A stretch of 64,000 bases of DNA, from the sequence record MN850609.1; one strand, 5' to 3'. Each line of letters starts with the position of its first letter. Position 1 is the first letter of the stretch. The notes beneath the pieces were generated by a model. It was not told the DNA's origin. It did no database searches and worked only from the letters and a program-made list of their open reading frames with translations. Of the stretch, positions 17,489 to 26,731 are shown one piece after another. A program made the position numbers and the translations under genes. The DNA comes from Escherichia phage dhaeg.

Positions 17489-17665
17489 ATGACTATCCAA
17501 GATAAAGAAATTAAAGTCCACCAGTATTATTCAATCAACGGCAAAGCTGTTCTAGTAACTGAAATATCTAGCCTGGACGTGTGGTATACCATAATTGACC
17601 TTAATATTAAAATGATTTGTGACCGTGGTGTATTTTGTTCGATAGCTAAGGAAATTAAATTATGA
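17489..17665 (+). CDS. hypothetical small protein (unlisted ORF)
   Basis: 58 codons read by hand; GAGGAG RBS; ATGA overlap downstream. Confidence 0.4.
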   Translation: MTIQDKEIKVHQYYSINGKAVLVTEISSLDVWYTIIDLNIKMICDRGVFCSIAKEIKL

Positions 17666-17916
17666 GCCTGAAATTACATTCAATGAAAAATGTCATCACC
17701 CTTAATCTGGATGATGAGCGCCTAATTTTTCTCACCGTCACTGATAAGAATATTGAAATTGCAAATGGTCCTAAGACTTATTGCTGCCCAGTGAAGAATT
17801 GGAAGCATGTAACCTTTTTGACCCTGGCCGACCGTCTGAAAGACCTTAAGTTGGATTTGGATATCAAAGATATCCAGTACATTAAAAATCTTATTGGATA
17901 CAAACTGTTGAGGTAA
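17662..17916 (+). CDS. hypothetical protein
   Basis: 84-aa ORF. Confidence 0.45.
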   Translation: MSLKLHSMKNVITLNLDDERLIFLTVTDKNIEIANGPKTYCCPVKNWKHVTFLTLADRLKDLKLDLDIKDIQYIKNLIGYKLLR

Positions 17917-17918
17917 CT

Positions 17919-18212
17919 ATGGGTAAAACTATCCGTCGTAAAGAATTGCCTGTAAAAGATTTTTATTATTCCGGACGCCGTAAAGCACCATACGGCGTAA
18001 GTCAGGAAAGAGTTGAAGAAAATATCTTCCGTTCTGACAAGTGGAAACGTATGCGTGGCGTTGATTCTGAAGTTAAGAATGAAATGAACCGCCAACTTCG
18101 TAAAGAAGTAAGAAAACTGAAAAAAGATGTTTACAGCGACGATGAACCTGATTACAATACTTCTCATCGAGTTGCAAAACGTAAATCAAACGAATGCTAT
18201 CGTTACAGCTGA
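17919..18212 (+). CDS. hypothetical basic protein
   Basis: 97 aa, Lys/Arg-rich. Confidence 0.45.
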   Translation: MGKTIRRKELPVKDFYYSGRRKAPYGVSQERVEENIFRSDKWKRMRGVDSEVKNEMNRQLRKEVRKLKKDVYSDDEPDYNTSHRVAKRKSNECYRYS

Positions 18213-18219
18213 GGAAAAT

Positions 18220-18351
18220 ATGAATATCAAACGTATGCTTTTTAAACAAGGATTATACACTTTAAATGTTGCTCCAAAAGGCGATACGACTAAGTGGTCA
18301 GTAAATGACTGGATTGAATTTATTGATGAAAACGGTAACTGGAAAATTTAA
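18220..18351 (+). CDS. hypothetical small protein
   Basis: internal ATG with GAGGAAAA RBS in ORF 18127-18351. Confidence 0.35.
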   Translation: MNIKRMLFKQGLYTLNVAPKGDTTKWSVNDWIEFIDENGNWKI

Positions 18352-18552
18352 ATGAATCCTGAATCTAAATTATCACAACGAATTGCTGAAGCCCGTCGTC
18401 AGTTCTTTGAAAATATGATAGCCCAAGGTATTGATGACGAAGTTTTTCTAAACTGGTTTTGGAATAACAAATATTCAAAATGCTCAGGAGCAATATTGAT
18501 ATCAGCCGCGATGATGTATGAAGGCTGGAAAGGCGCCAAAGCACAAAAATAG
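18352..18552 (+). CDS. hypothetical protein
   Basis: 66-aa ORF. Confidence 0.4.
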   Translation: MNPESKLSQRIAEARRQFFENMIAQGIDDEVFLNWFWNNKYSKCSGAILISAAMMYEGWKGAKAQK

Positions 18553-18581
18553 TTTACAAACTCTTGGGACCAGAGTATAAT
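18552..18581 (+). promoter_or_regulatory. early promoter (GTTTAC / TATAAT) with palindrome GGGACCA/TGGTCCC bracketing the -10
   Basis: GTTTAC, 18 bp, TATAAT; perfect 7-bp inverted repeat. Confidence 0.6.
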
Positions 18582-18620
18582 GGTCCCACGGATTATAAAT
18601 TTTAAACTGAGGAAATTATT

Positions 18621-18950
18621 ATGTCACAAGCTATTAAAAACGTACTGAACTCTTTCGCTTTCGATAAAGTTAACGAACTGATGAAAACCGGCTTTGTAAC
18701 TCCTCAGGTTCTTGACCAATGGGTTGCTGAACTGTTACCAATCATGCACTCTAAAGACCAAAAAATTGGTAAGAACGGTATTCGTGAAATCCTGGTTCAA
18801 TATATTCTCGACGAGTTTGATGTGGCCGCCTTTGGTGTCGAATCTAAAGCTTGGCAGCCGGGTGAAATCACAGACAAAACCATCCGTCGTATGAAGAATC
18901 AACGTAAGAAAAAATTCGTTGACCTGAAAATTGTTAAGGCTGCTAAATGA
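18621..18950 (+). CDS. hypothetical protein
   Basis: 109 aa; shares TIR and first codons (MSQAI) with gene at 11188. Confidence 0.5.
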   Translation: MSQAIKNVLNSFAFDKVNELMKTGFVTPQVLDQWVAELLPIMHSKDQKIGKNGIREILVQYILDEFDVAAFGVESKAWQPGEITDKTIRRMKNQRKKKFVDLKIVKAAK

Positions 18951-19195
18951 GTAATTTGCCTGAAGATGTATCGGTTATAATAGTCCTTAAAGCTTTAGCC
19001 GGTTTCCAACGTACCCCTATGATGAATAATAGCGAAACTATTATAAAAGCGGCTAATATGTTAAGTGGAAGTCATCGCGATTTCAGGATATTTCCTATAA
19101 GCTCTAAGACCACTTATATGAAAATGCCCGATCCTAAAATAGCTTGGGACGAAGGCATGACATTAAATGAATTTGAGGATTATTTAAATGATTAA
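18947..19195 (+). CDS. hypothetical protein
   Basis: 82-aa ORF, ATGA overlap. Confidence 0.4.
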   Translation: MSNLPEDVSVIIVLKALAGFQRTPMMNNSETIIKAANMLSGSHRDFRIFPISSKTTYMKMPDPKIAWDEGMTLNEFEDYLND

Positions 19196-19454
19196 AATAA
19201 AACTCTCTAATTACGATAAAAACTTGGAAATGATTGCTATGAAAGAAGAACTCCTGAATGATGTCCGCTTTACTGGTTATGCAGTTCAATTTAATAGTGA
19301 TGGGGTTCTCCAGATTGAGGGTGACCACTTTATTATTGAATATGAATTTAAACAGTACTGGCTATACGCTAAAGATGAGGTCGGCGGTATTGATTACGTT
19401 GATGAGTTTGATAATCTTGATGATGCACTAGAAGGAGCCCGATTCCTACAATGA
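19188..19454 (+). CDS. hypothetical acidic protein
   Basis: 88-aa ORF. Confidence 0.4.
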   Translation: MIKIKLSNYDKNLEMIAMKEELLNDVRFTGYAVQFNSDGVLQIEGDHFIIEYEFKQYWLYAKDEVGGIDYVDEFDNLDDALEGARFLQ

Positions 19455-19714
19455 CGCCTGTATCCATAACATTAGCTTATGAAGGCTTAGGATTTTTCTT
19501 AATAGATAACTATATGAATGTTGAGTTTATTTGCGGAGAGACTTCTGAAGTGTGGAAGTCTCATATTTCCAAATACAACCAATCCGAATATTTAGTCCTT
19601 TACCAACAATTCTGCCTTTATATTCAAAGCCAAGGATTTGAAGGAGCCCCTTCCTTCGAAGAGTTCAAAAAAATTCTTGAAACAGTATTTCAGGCTTATT
19701 GCTTACTCCGTTGA
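19451..19714 (+). CDS. hypothetical protein
   Basis: 87-aa ORF. Confidence 0.4.
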   Translation: MTPVSITLAYEGLGFFLIDNYMNVEFICGETSEVWKSHISKYNQSEYLVLYQQFCLYIQSQGFEGAPSFEEFKKILETVFQAYCLLR

Positions 19715-19741
19715 TGCTTTAAACGGGTCTTCAAATACTAT
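19715..19741 (+). promoter_or_regulatory. candidate middle-type promoter (TGCTTTA box + TACTAT)
   Basis: MotA-box-like TGCTTTA about 14 nt upstream of TACTAT. Confidence 0.35.
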
Positions 19742-19780
19742 GATATAATAGACCTATGATTTGAGTTATCTGAGGTAACA

Positions 19781-20338
19781 ATGACCGAAATTAAACTGAC
19801 TAAAAATAACTATGTAAATAATAAGGAGCTTCTGAAAGCCATTACCCAGTGGAAAACAGAGCTCCGAGAAAATACCGATCCTAATAAAATAGTTCGTCAG
19901 AACGATGTTATCGGCTTGGCTATTATGCTCATTGCTGAAGGCCTTTCTAAGCGTTTCAACTTCTCCGGGTATACCCAATCTTGGAAGCAAGAAATGATTG
20001 CTGATGGAATCGAAGCTTCTATTAAAGGCCTTCACAACTTCGACGAAACAAAATACGACAACCCACATGCATATATCACTATGGCTTGTTTTAATGCCTT
20101 TGTTCAGCGTATCAAGAAAGAACGTAAAGAAATGGCAAAGAAATACAGCTACTTCGTCCATAACGTTTATGACGCTAATGACGACGACATGGTAGGTATC
20201 GCAGATGAAACTTTTATCCAGGATATTTACGACAAAATGACTCAGTATGAAACCTCTTTAGTTAAAGCGCCAGGGTCTGATAAGAGCGCCGAATCTAAAG
20301 TTGGTGAGCTGGATTTTTTATATGGAACTCAAGATTAA
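19781..20338 (+). CDS. 55: late-transcription sigma factor gp55
   Basis: 185 aa; near-identity recalled to T4 gp55 ([34 protein letters not shown]). Confidence 0.85.
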   Translation: MTEIKLTKNNYVNNKELLKAITQWKTELRENTDPNKIVRQNDVIGLAIMLIAEGLSKRFNFSGYTQSWKQEMIADGIEASIKGLHNFDETKYDNPHAYITMACFNAFVQRIKKERKEMAKKYSYFVHNVYDANDDDMVGIADETFIQDIYDKMTQYETSLVKAPGSDKSAESKVGELDFLYGTQD

Positions 20339-20549
20339 CCTGGTAGGCCTTTTAGAAGAAGTAGATGGAGAGTATTCGGCAATTCCTTATGTTCTTAAAA
20401 TGTATCTTAAGGATATTGCCAAGCTTCCTATTGTAATAGACCCAAAACACCCTGATTCGGTAGAAATTAAAGCTGAAAAAGGAACATTAACTTATAACTA
20501 TCACGTTACCGACGAAGATTTTTATATAAAACTGAATTACAAGGATTAA
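20322..20549 (+). CDS. hypothetical protein
   Basis: internal ATG of ORF 20301-20549, overlaps gp55 end. Confidence 0.4.
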   Translation: MELKINLVGLLEEVDGEYSAIPYVLKMYLKDIAKLPIVIDPKHPDSVEIKAEKGTLTYNYHVTDEDFYIKLNYKD

Positions 20550-20550
20550 T

Positions 20551-20862
20551 ATGCAAAGCACCGACATTTCTCAATTGACCGAAGAGCAAATTGAAGAAGC
20601 CCAGAAGCGTTTAGAAGAGAATAATGCTAAAGAAGCCGCTTCTCAAGCTGCCAAAATTCTTAAAAAGAATGCCCGTGAAATTAAGCGTCTTAATACACAT
20701 GCTCAGGGCGCTGTTCTCGAAAACAATTTCGAAGCTTACAAATATGCTATAATTAAATTACGTGGTATTTACCGTCAACCAACTACTGACGAAATCGTTA
20801 GAGTTATGTGGGAAACTACGCGTAAACAGATTTGGGAAATTATCAATGGCGCTAGTAAATAA
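20551..20862 (+). CDS. hypothetical protein
   Basis: 103-aa ORF. Confidence 0.45.
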   Translation: MQSTDISQLTEEQIEEAQKRLEENNAKEAASQAAKILKKNAREIKRLNTHAQGAVLENNFEAYKYAIIKLRGIYRQPTTDEIVRVMWETTRKQIWEIINGASK

Positions 20863-21049
20863 ACCCTTTAAACGGCTTCTTATTGGAGCCGCCTTCAGAC
20901 TTCGCTCATACGGTAATATTTGTATTAAGCAGACTGAAACCGAATATAAAATGGTTGGGCAATATTCCGATGAAATTTTTCGGATTGAGCCTGTAGCCAA
21001 GGTTTGGGTGGATTCTCATCAACTTAAGAAATGGTGGAAACGATGGTAG
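20846..21049 (+). CDS. hypothetical basic protein
   Basis: internal ATG of ORF 20762-21049. Confidence 0.35.
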   Translation: MALVNKPFKRLLIGAAFRLRSYGNICIKQTETEYKMVGQYSDEIFRIEPVAKVWVDSHQLKKWWKRW

Positions 21050-21151
21050 GATTTTATGAAAGCGGATGTAACGAAGACGAACATCCGGATTTTTAAGCTT
21101 ATGAATGACGAATACGAAAAAGTTTAAGAGGTCGTATGAATGACGAATTCG

Positions 21152-21313
21152 ATGGATTTTGATAAGATTAAATCTGACAAAAATGAGATGATACTTAAAT
21201 TTGAAGCTGCTCGTATTAAAGCGGAAAATGAAGGTACTATTACTTATAAGAAAATCAAGTTCAGGTCTTCTCATGAACCTCTGTATGGCGTATTAATTGG
21301 TAAAGGAGCTTAG
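21152..21313 (+). CDS. hypothetical small protein (unlisted ORF), preceded by two tandem 8-codon mini-ORFs
   Basis: 53 codons read by hand; stop lies in terminator stem. Confidence 0.3.
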   Translation: MDFDKIKSDKNEMILKFEAARIKAENEGTITYKKIKFRSSHEPLYGVLIGKGA

Positions 21314-21324
21314 GCTCCTTTTTT
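21303..21324 (+). terminator. rho-independent terminator
   Basis: GGAGC-TTAG-GCTCC plus T6. Confidence 0.7.
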
Positions 21325-21337
21325 GCTTTCTGAATGG
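21314..21337 (+). promoter_or_regulatory. candidate middle-type promoter for gene 47 (TGCTTTC box + TAAAAT)
   Basis: MotA-box-like motif 11 nt upstream of TAAAAT. Confidence 0.3.
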
Positions 21338-21370
21338 ATGATAAAATAGATTTAATTAAGCGAGGATATT

Positions 21371-22393
21371 ATGAAAATATTAAACACAGGTGACTGGCAC
21401 CTTGGAGTTAAGAACGACGACCCTTGGGTCCAAAACATTCAATTGACCGGCATTAAAGATGCTATCAATTATTCTAAAGCAAATGGTATTACTGTATGGA
21501 TTCAATACGGTGATATTTTTGATGTCCGTAAAGCCATTACTCATAAGTGTATGGAATTTGCTAGACATATTTCAGATTTGCTTAAAGAAAACGGCATTAC
21601 CATGTATACCGTTGTTGGTAACCATGATGCCCACTACAAAAATACCTTGACTCCTAATGCTGCTTCTGAAGTTCTCGGTAAATATGACCATATCAAGGTT
21701 ATTGAAAAACCTACTACGGTTAACTTTGATGGCACCGAAATTGATTTGATTCCATGGATGTGTGAAGAAAACACGACTGATATCATGGACCATATCAAAA
21801 ATACCACAGCAGATTTCTGTGTTGGTCATTGGGAATTAAATGGTTTCTATTTCTATAAAGGAATGAAATCCCATGGTTTAGAACCTGATTTCCTTAAAAA
21901 GTATAAGCAAGTTTGGTCTGGTCACTTCCACACTATTTCTGATGCAGCAAATGTTAAGTACATTGGTACTCCATGGACCCTGACTGCAGGTGATGAGAAC
22001 GACCCTCGTGGTTTCTGGATTTTCGATACCGAAACCCATAAAATGGATTTCATCATTAATGAAACCTGTTGGCATCGTAAGATTCATTATCCTAATGCGA
22101 CTATCGATTACAAAGATTTTACCAACATAGCAGTTCGTGTTATAGTCGATAAAATTGATGATGGCCTTACTAAGTTCGAATCAGAGCTTGAAAAGGTTGT
22201 TCACTCTTTACGTATTGTGTCTAAGGTAGATAATAGTGTTGATATCGATGATTCTGAAGAGGAAGATGAAGTTAAATCTCTCTTGGATATGATGTATGAT
22301 TATATCGACGCCCTTCCTGATGGCCACACTGAAGCCGATGTTAAAGCCCTTAAGACTATGGCTGCACAACTTTATAATGAGGTTACACGATGA
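21371..22393 (+). CDS. 47: recombination endonuclease subunit gp47 (Mre11-like)
   Basis: 340 aa; phosphoesterase motifs GDWHLG, GNHD, GHWE; strong similarity recalled to T4 gp47. Confidence 0.85.
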   Translation: MKILNTGDWHLGVKNDDPWVQNIQLTGIKDAINYSKANGITVWIQYGDIFDVRKAITHKCMEFARHISDLLKENGITMYTVVGNHDAHYKNTLTPNAASEVLGKYDHIKVIEKPTTVNFDGTEIDLIPWMCEENTTDIMDHIKNTTADFCVGHWELNGFYFYKGMKSHGLEPDFLKKYKQVWSGHFHTISDAANVKYIGTPWTLTAGDENDPRGFWIFDTETHKMDFIINETCWHRKIHYPNATIDYKDFTNIAVRVIVDKIDDGLTKFESELEKVVHSLRIVSKVDNSVDIDDSEEEDEVKSLLDMMYDYIDALPDGHTEADVKALKTMAAQLYNEVTR

Positions 22394-22653
22394 CTTTAGA
22401 TGAATTCAAAAAATCGGGACTTGAACTGGAACACGACTGTATAGTTATTGATGATGATGGTCAACCTAGTACAATTAAGTTCTGGTTTGAAGCCGTGAGC
22501 ACTCGTGATACCGGCGAGCTTATTAAAGTTTATGTTGCTACCGATTGGGCTGTAGAATTTAGTTTTAATGTAATGGAAGATGATACTCCAGAGGCATTAA
22601 TTCATATGGCTGAATCATGCATCAAGGATGCTTATAACGATGAAGACTTTTAA
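22390..22653 (+). CDS. hypothetical acidic protein
   Basis: 87-aa ORF between 47 and 46. Confidence 0.4.
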   Translation: MTLDEFKKSGLELEHDCIVIDDDGQPSTIKFWFEAVSTRDTGELIKVYVATDWAVEFSFNVMEDDTPEALIHMAESCIKDAYNDEDF

Positions 22654-24322
22654 GTTAAAGAAAGTAACGTATAAAAATATTATGTCGGTAGGGCAGCAGC
22701 CTATTACAATCCAACTTGACAAGGTCCAAAAGACCTTAGTCACTGGTAAAAATGGTGCAGGGAAATCAACATTCCTTGAAGCTGTAACATTTGCTCTGTT
22801 CGGTAAGCCTTTTCGCGATGTTAAGAAAGGGCAGTTGATTAACTCAAGTAACAAGAAAGACCTTTTGGTCGAACTGTGGATGGAATATGATGGCAAAGAA
22901 TACTATATCAAACGCGGGCAAAAACCCAACGTTTTTGAAATCTCTTGTGACGGTGAACGTCTTGATGAATCTGCCAGCAGTAAAGACTTCCAAGCGGAAT
23001 TTGAACAGCTTATCGGAATGTCCTACGCAAGCTTTAAACAAATTGTCGTACTCGGCACAGCTGGATATACCCCTTTTATGGGCCTATCCACTCCTGCAAG
23101 AAGAAAACTCGTCGAAGACCTCTTAGAGGTTTCTGTATTAGCGGATATGGATAAGTTGAACAAATCTTTGATTCGTGAGACTAATAGCCAAATCCAAGTA
23201 ATAGACGTTAAGCAAGATTCTATTACCCAACAAATTAAAATTTATAACGACAACGAAGAACGTCAACGTAAATTATCCGGCGAGAACGCTGCCCGTCTAC
23301 AATTAATGTATGATGAGCTCGTTAAAGAAGCCAGGACTGCGAAGGCGAGCATAGAATCCCTGACTGATGAATTACTCAATGTTATCGTAGATGATGACCC
23401 TAGCAACTCCATGAGTGACCTGAGTAATAAAGGATTTGCAATCAAAAATGATATGGCAACCTTTACAAAGGTAATTAAGTTATACGAAACCGGTGGCCAT
23501 TGTCCTACGTGTATGCAAGGGTTAGAAGAGCATGGTAATATCCTTACTAAAATTAAGGATAAAAACTTTGAGCTTCAAAAATCTTTGGATAAGATTAATG
23601 AGCAATACCAAGAACTCAAGCTCATTAAAGACCAAGTAACCGAACAACGCAATAAAGCTTTGGCTATTAAATCTCAGATAGCTACTCATAAGCAGCAAGC
23701 CATTACTGCTGTAGAGAAAGCTAAAAAGGTTAAGGTATTAATTGACCAGGCAGCAGCTGAGTTCGTAAGTAATGCCGAAGAGATTGCTGCGCTTCAAGCA
23801 GAGCTTGATAAAATCGTCTCTACCAAATCGTCCTTGGTAATGGAAAAATATCATCGTGGAATTCTGACAGAAATGTTGAAGGATACTGGTATTAAAGGTT
23901 CCATTATTAAGAAATACATTCCTATCTTTAATAAGCAGATTAATTCTTATTTGAAGATTATGGAAGCGGACTACGTCTTTACCCTAGACGAAGAATTCAA
24001 TGAGACGATTAAATCACGTGGACGTGAAGACTTTAGTTATGCTTCATTTTCACAGGGTGAGAAAGCACGTATTGATATCGCACTACTTTTTACATGGCGT
24101 GATATTGCTTCTAGGGTATCAGGTGTTAATATATCCACACTGATTCTTGATGAGGTATTTGACAGTGCAACTGACGCTGAAGGCGTTAAGAGCATTGCAA
24201 CCATCTTGAATAGCCTTGAGGATACGAACGTGTTCATTATCTCTCACCGAGACCATGACCCACAAGCTTATGGCCAACATCTTCAAATGAAGAAAGTTGG
24301 ACGATTCACGGTGATGGAATGA
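22640..24322 (+). CDS. 46: recombination endonuclease subunit gp46 (Rad50/SbcC-like ATPase)
   Basis: Walker A GKNGAGKST, coiled-coil middle with CPTC zinc hook, Walker B LILDE; start at MKTFKL by alignment with T4. Confidence 0.85.
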   Translation: MKTFKLKKVTYKNIMSVGQQPITIQLDKVQKTLVTGKNGAGKSTFLEAVTFALFGKPFRDVKKGQLINSSNKKDLLVELWMEYDGKEYYIKRGQKPNVFEISCDGERLDESASSKDFQAEFEQLIGMSYASFKQIVVLGTAGYTPFMGLSTPARRKLVEDLLEVSVLADMDKLNKSLIRETNSQIQVIDVKQDSITQQIKIYNDNEERQRKLSGENAARLQLMYDELVKEARTAKASIESLTDELLNVIVDDDPSNSMSDLSNKGFAIKNDMATFTKVIKLYETGGHCPTCMQGLEEHGNILTKIKDKNFELQKSLDKINEQYQELKLIKDQVTEQRNKALAIKSQIATHKQQAITAVEKAKKVKVLIDQAAAEFVSNAEEIAALQAELDKIVSTKSSLVMEKYHRGILTEMLKDTGIKGSIIKKYIPIFNKQINSYLKIMEADYVFTLDEEFNETIKSRGREDFSYASFSQGEKARIDIALLFTWRDIASRVSGVNISTLILDEVFDSATDAEGVKSIATILNSLEDTNVFIISHRDHDPQAYGQHLQMKKVGRFTVME

Positions 24323-24510
24323 GTGATTTTATAACAGGCCAGCATTTGTTGGCCGTTCCAGAAATAAAGAGATACGTTTTAGTTAACAACTTCTCTGGAG
24401 ATGAACATCTTGTTACTGAAGAATATCTCCAAAATGCTTTTAAGTCAGAATATGATAAAATCATGTCAAATAGAAATCCAGCATGGTTTGTCTACGAGTA
24501 CTTTGATTAA
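24319..24510 (+). CDS. hypothetical protein
   Basis: 63-aa ORF, ATGA overlap. Confidence 0.4.
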   Translation: MSDFITGQHLLAVPEIKRYVLVNNFSGDEHLVTEEYLQNAFKSEYDKIMSNRNPAWFVYEYFD

Positions 24511-24512
24511 AT

Positions 24513-24536
24513 TGCTTTAAAATATTGATTTATAAT
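24513..24536 (+). promoter_or_regulatory. candidate middle-type promoter (TTGCTTTA box, 11 bp, TATAAT)
   Basis: MotA-box consensus-like motif with canonical spacing. Confidence 0.4.
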
Positions 24537-24566
24537 ACATTTACCAACCAAATGAGAGAAAATATT

Positions 24567-24986
24567 ATGTTTGCTACTTCTAATGGCGTTACCGTTAAAG
24601 ATATCCAAGTTAAAACCATCCGTACTGATTCCAACCCACATAATCAGAACCGTATTCGTAAATCATGGGTACTGAATATTGATACCAACTCTGCACGTCG
24701 ATTGCAGTCTCTTCCACAAGAAACTAAGTTCATGCTCTACGGTATTATTGATAACGACGTATCTGATAAGTGGGTAGAAATCATGCGTCGCCATTATAAT
24801 GATTCACTGGCTGCAGGTGCTAAACTTGTTATCGACCGCGACGGTTCTGAACGTTTAGAAGATGATTATTGCGTCGACCCTGATGAGCAGTTGCTTGAAG
24901 CCGGTGCTATTGTTGCTTCCCAGATTCCAGAGTATATTGAATCTCTGCCTGAATCCATTCGTAAACAAATGATCGTAATTGCTTAA
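24567..24986 (+). CDS. hypothetical protein at the rpbA position between 46 and 45
   Basis: internal ATG of ORF 24525-24986; identity by position only. Confidence 0.3.
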   Translation: MFATSNGVTVKDIQVKTIRTDSNPHNQNRIRKSWVLNIDTNSARRLQSLPQETKFMLYGIIDNDVSDKWVEIMRRHYNDSLAAGAKLVIDRDGSERLEDDYCVDPDEQLLEAGAIVASQIPEYIESLPESIRKQMIVIA

Positions 24987-25011
24987 TAATTTGACTTGAT
25001 AAGGAAACATT

Positions 25012-25710
25012 ATGAAATTCTCTAAAGAAACCCTGAATATTCTTAAAAACTTCTCCGGTATTAACCCAGGCATTATGCTTAAACCAGGTAACACCATTCT
25101 GACCCGATCTGTTACCGGTGCAAGTTATGGTGAAGCTACTGTAAGTGATACATTCGATATCGAAGCAGCCATCTATGATTTGAACGGCTTCTTAAGTATT
25201 CTGTCTTTGGTATCGGAAAGTGCTGAAGTTTCAGTAAGTGAAGACCAAACCACATTAATTATTAAAGACCAACGTTCAACAATTAAGTGGCCTATTGCTG
25301 ACCCAAGCACAATCGCATTCCCAAGTAAAGCTATCCCGTTCCCTGTGGCTGAAGTTATTTTCGATTTGAAAGCCGAAGATTATCAACAGTTGATGCGTGT
25401 GTCCTCTGGTCTGAGTATTGATACATTTGCAATCACTGTAGACGATGGTAAAATTGTTATCAACGGTTATAAACAAGTCGACGATAAAGAATTAACTCGT
25501 CCATTGTATTCTCTGGTCGTGGCTGACCATGATGGTCCTGACTTTAAGTTCATCATTAACAAAACCAATATGAAAATGATGCCAGCCGATTATCATGTAT
25601 TGCTATGGGCGCGCGGTGAAGGTCAGGATGCTCGATTTGCAGCTAAGTTTGAAGGTACACAAGCTTCTTATGTATTAGCTATGGAAGCAGGCTCAAGCCA
25701 CTCGTTCTAA
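25012..25710 (+). CDS. 45: sliding clamp gp45
   Basis: 232 aa; high similarity recalled to T4 gp45 throughout. Confidence 0.9.
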   Translation: MKFSKETLNILKNFSGINPGIMLKPGNTILTRSVTGASYGEATVSDTFDIEAAIYDLNGFLSILSLVSESAEVSVSEDQTTLIIKDQRSTIKWPIADPSTIAFPSKAIPFPVAEVIFDLKAEDYQQLMRVSSGLSIDTFAITVDDGKIVINGYKQVDDKELTRPLYSLVVADHDGPDFKFIINKTNMKMMPADYHVLLWARGEGQDARFAAKFEGTQASYVLAMEAGSSHSF

Positions 25711-25716
25711 AGCATA

Positions 25717-25733
25717 GGGAGGAATTTCCTCCC
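25717..25733 (+). other. stem-loop GGGAGGA-ATT-TCCTCCC between clamp and clamp-loader genes
   Basis: perfect 7-bp inverted repeat, no T-tract, directly before TATAAT. Confidence 0.45.
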
Positions 25734-25771
25734 TTGGAGTATAATGTAAAAACAAACCTGAGGAAATTAAT

Positions 25772-26731
25772 ATGCTTACAGTAAATAATAATGAATTCAT
25801 GTTCGAACAGAAATATCGTCCAGGTACTTTATCTGAATGTATTCTGCCTGCTCATGATAAAGAAACTCTCCAAGCCATTGTTAATAAGGGCCTAATCCCT
25901 AACATTATCCTAGTCTCTGCTTCACCAGGCACAGGTAAAACTACCGTGGCTAAAGCATTGTGTGCTGATACAAATTCAGACATGTTGTTTGTTAACGGTT
26001 CCGACTGTCGTATTGATTTCGTTCGTAACGAACTTACTCGTTTTGCATCTTCTAAATCTATCGAAGGTAAACGTAAGGTAATTGTTATTGACGAATTCGA
26101 CCGTGCTGGTGTAGCTGAAGCTCAACGCCACCTTCGTTCATTCTTAGAGGCCTATTCCTCAAACTGTTCTGTAATTATTACAGCAAACAATATTGATGGT
26201 ATCATCGGTCCACTTCAATCTCGTTGTCGCGTAATTAAATTTGGTGAAGCCACTCCAGCTGACCAAACAGCCATGATGAAAGAAATGATTCATCGTGCTG
26301 TAGCAATTTGTAAAAACGAAAATATCGAAGTCGAAGACCTTAAAGTTATTGCTGCTTTAGTTAAACAAAACTTCCCTGACTTCCGTAAAACAGTTAACCA
26401 ACTAGACCGTTATTCCTCAAGTGGTAAAATCGATGCAGGCATTTTGAGTATTGTAATGAATACCAATTCGCCTATTGATGAAGTAGTGGCTGCACTGAAA
26501 GATAAAAACTTTAAAGAACTCCGTGCATTAGCTCCTCGTCATGTCAATGATTACGCCAACTTTATTATGGCACTGGCTAACGAACTCTATGGTAAATTGC
26601 CTGGACCGAGCATTGTTAGAATGTATGAAATCGTCGGTGAAAATAACCAATACCATGGTATTGCTGCTAACCCAGAAATTCACCTGACTTATCTTTTTAT
26701 CCAACTTGCTCTGGAGCTCCAATGGCTATAA
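25772..26731 (+). CDS. 44: clamp loader large subunit gp44 (AAA+)
   Basis: 319 aa; Walker A SPGTGKTT; near-identity recalled to T4 gp44. Confidence 0.9.
   Translation: MLTVNNNEFMFEQKYRPGTLSECILPAHDKETLQAIVNKGLIPNIILVSASPGTGKTTVAKALCADTNSDMLFVNGSDCRIDFVRNELTRFASSKSIEGKRKVIVIDEFDRAGVAEAQRHLRSFLEAYSSNCSVIITANNIDGIIGPLQSRCRVIKFGEATPADQTAMMKEMIHRAVAICKNENIEVEDLKVIAALVKQNFPDFRKTVNQLDRYSSSGKIDAGILSIVMNTNSPIDEVVAALKDKNFKELRALAPRHVNDYANFIMALANELYGKLPGPSIVRMYEIVGENNQYHGIAANPEIHLTYLFIQLALELQWL

Noticed and set aside
21136-21313. 58-codon ORF starting at the second MNDE repeat
   Set aside because: The frame from ATG 21136 terminates after 8 codons. The longer ORF is in another frame starting at 21152 and was annotated at low confidence.
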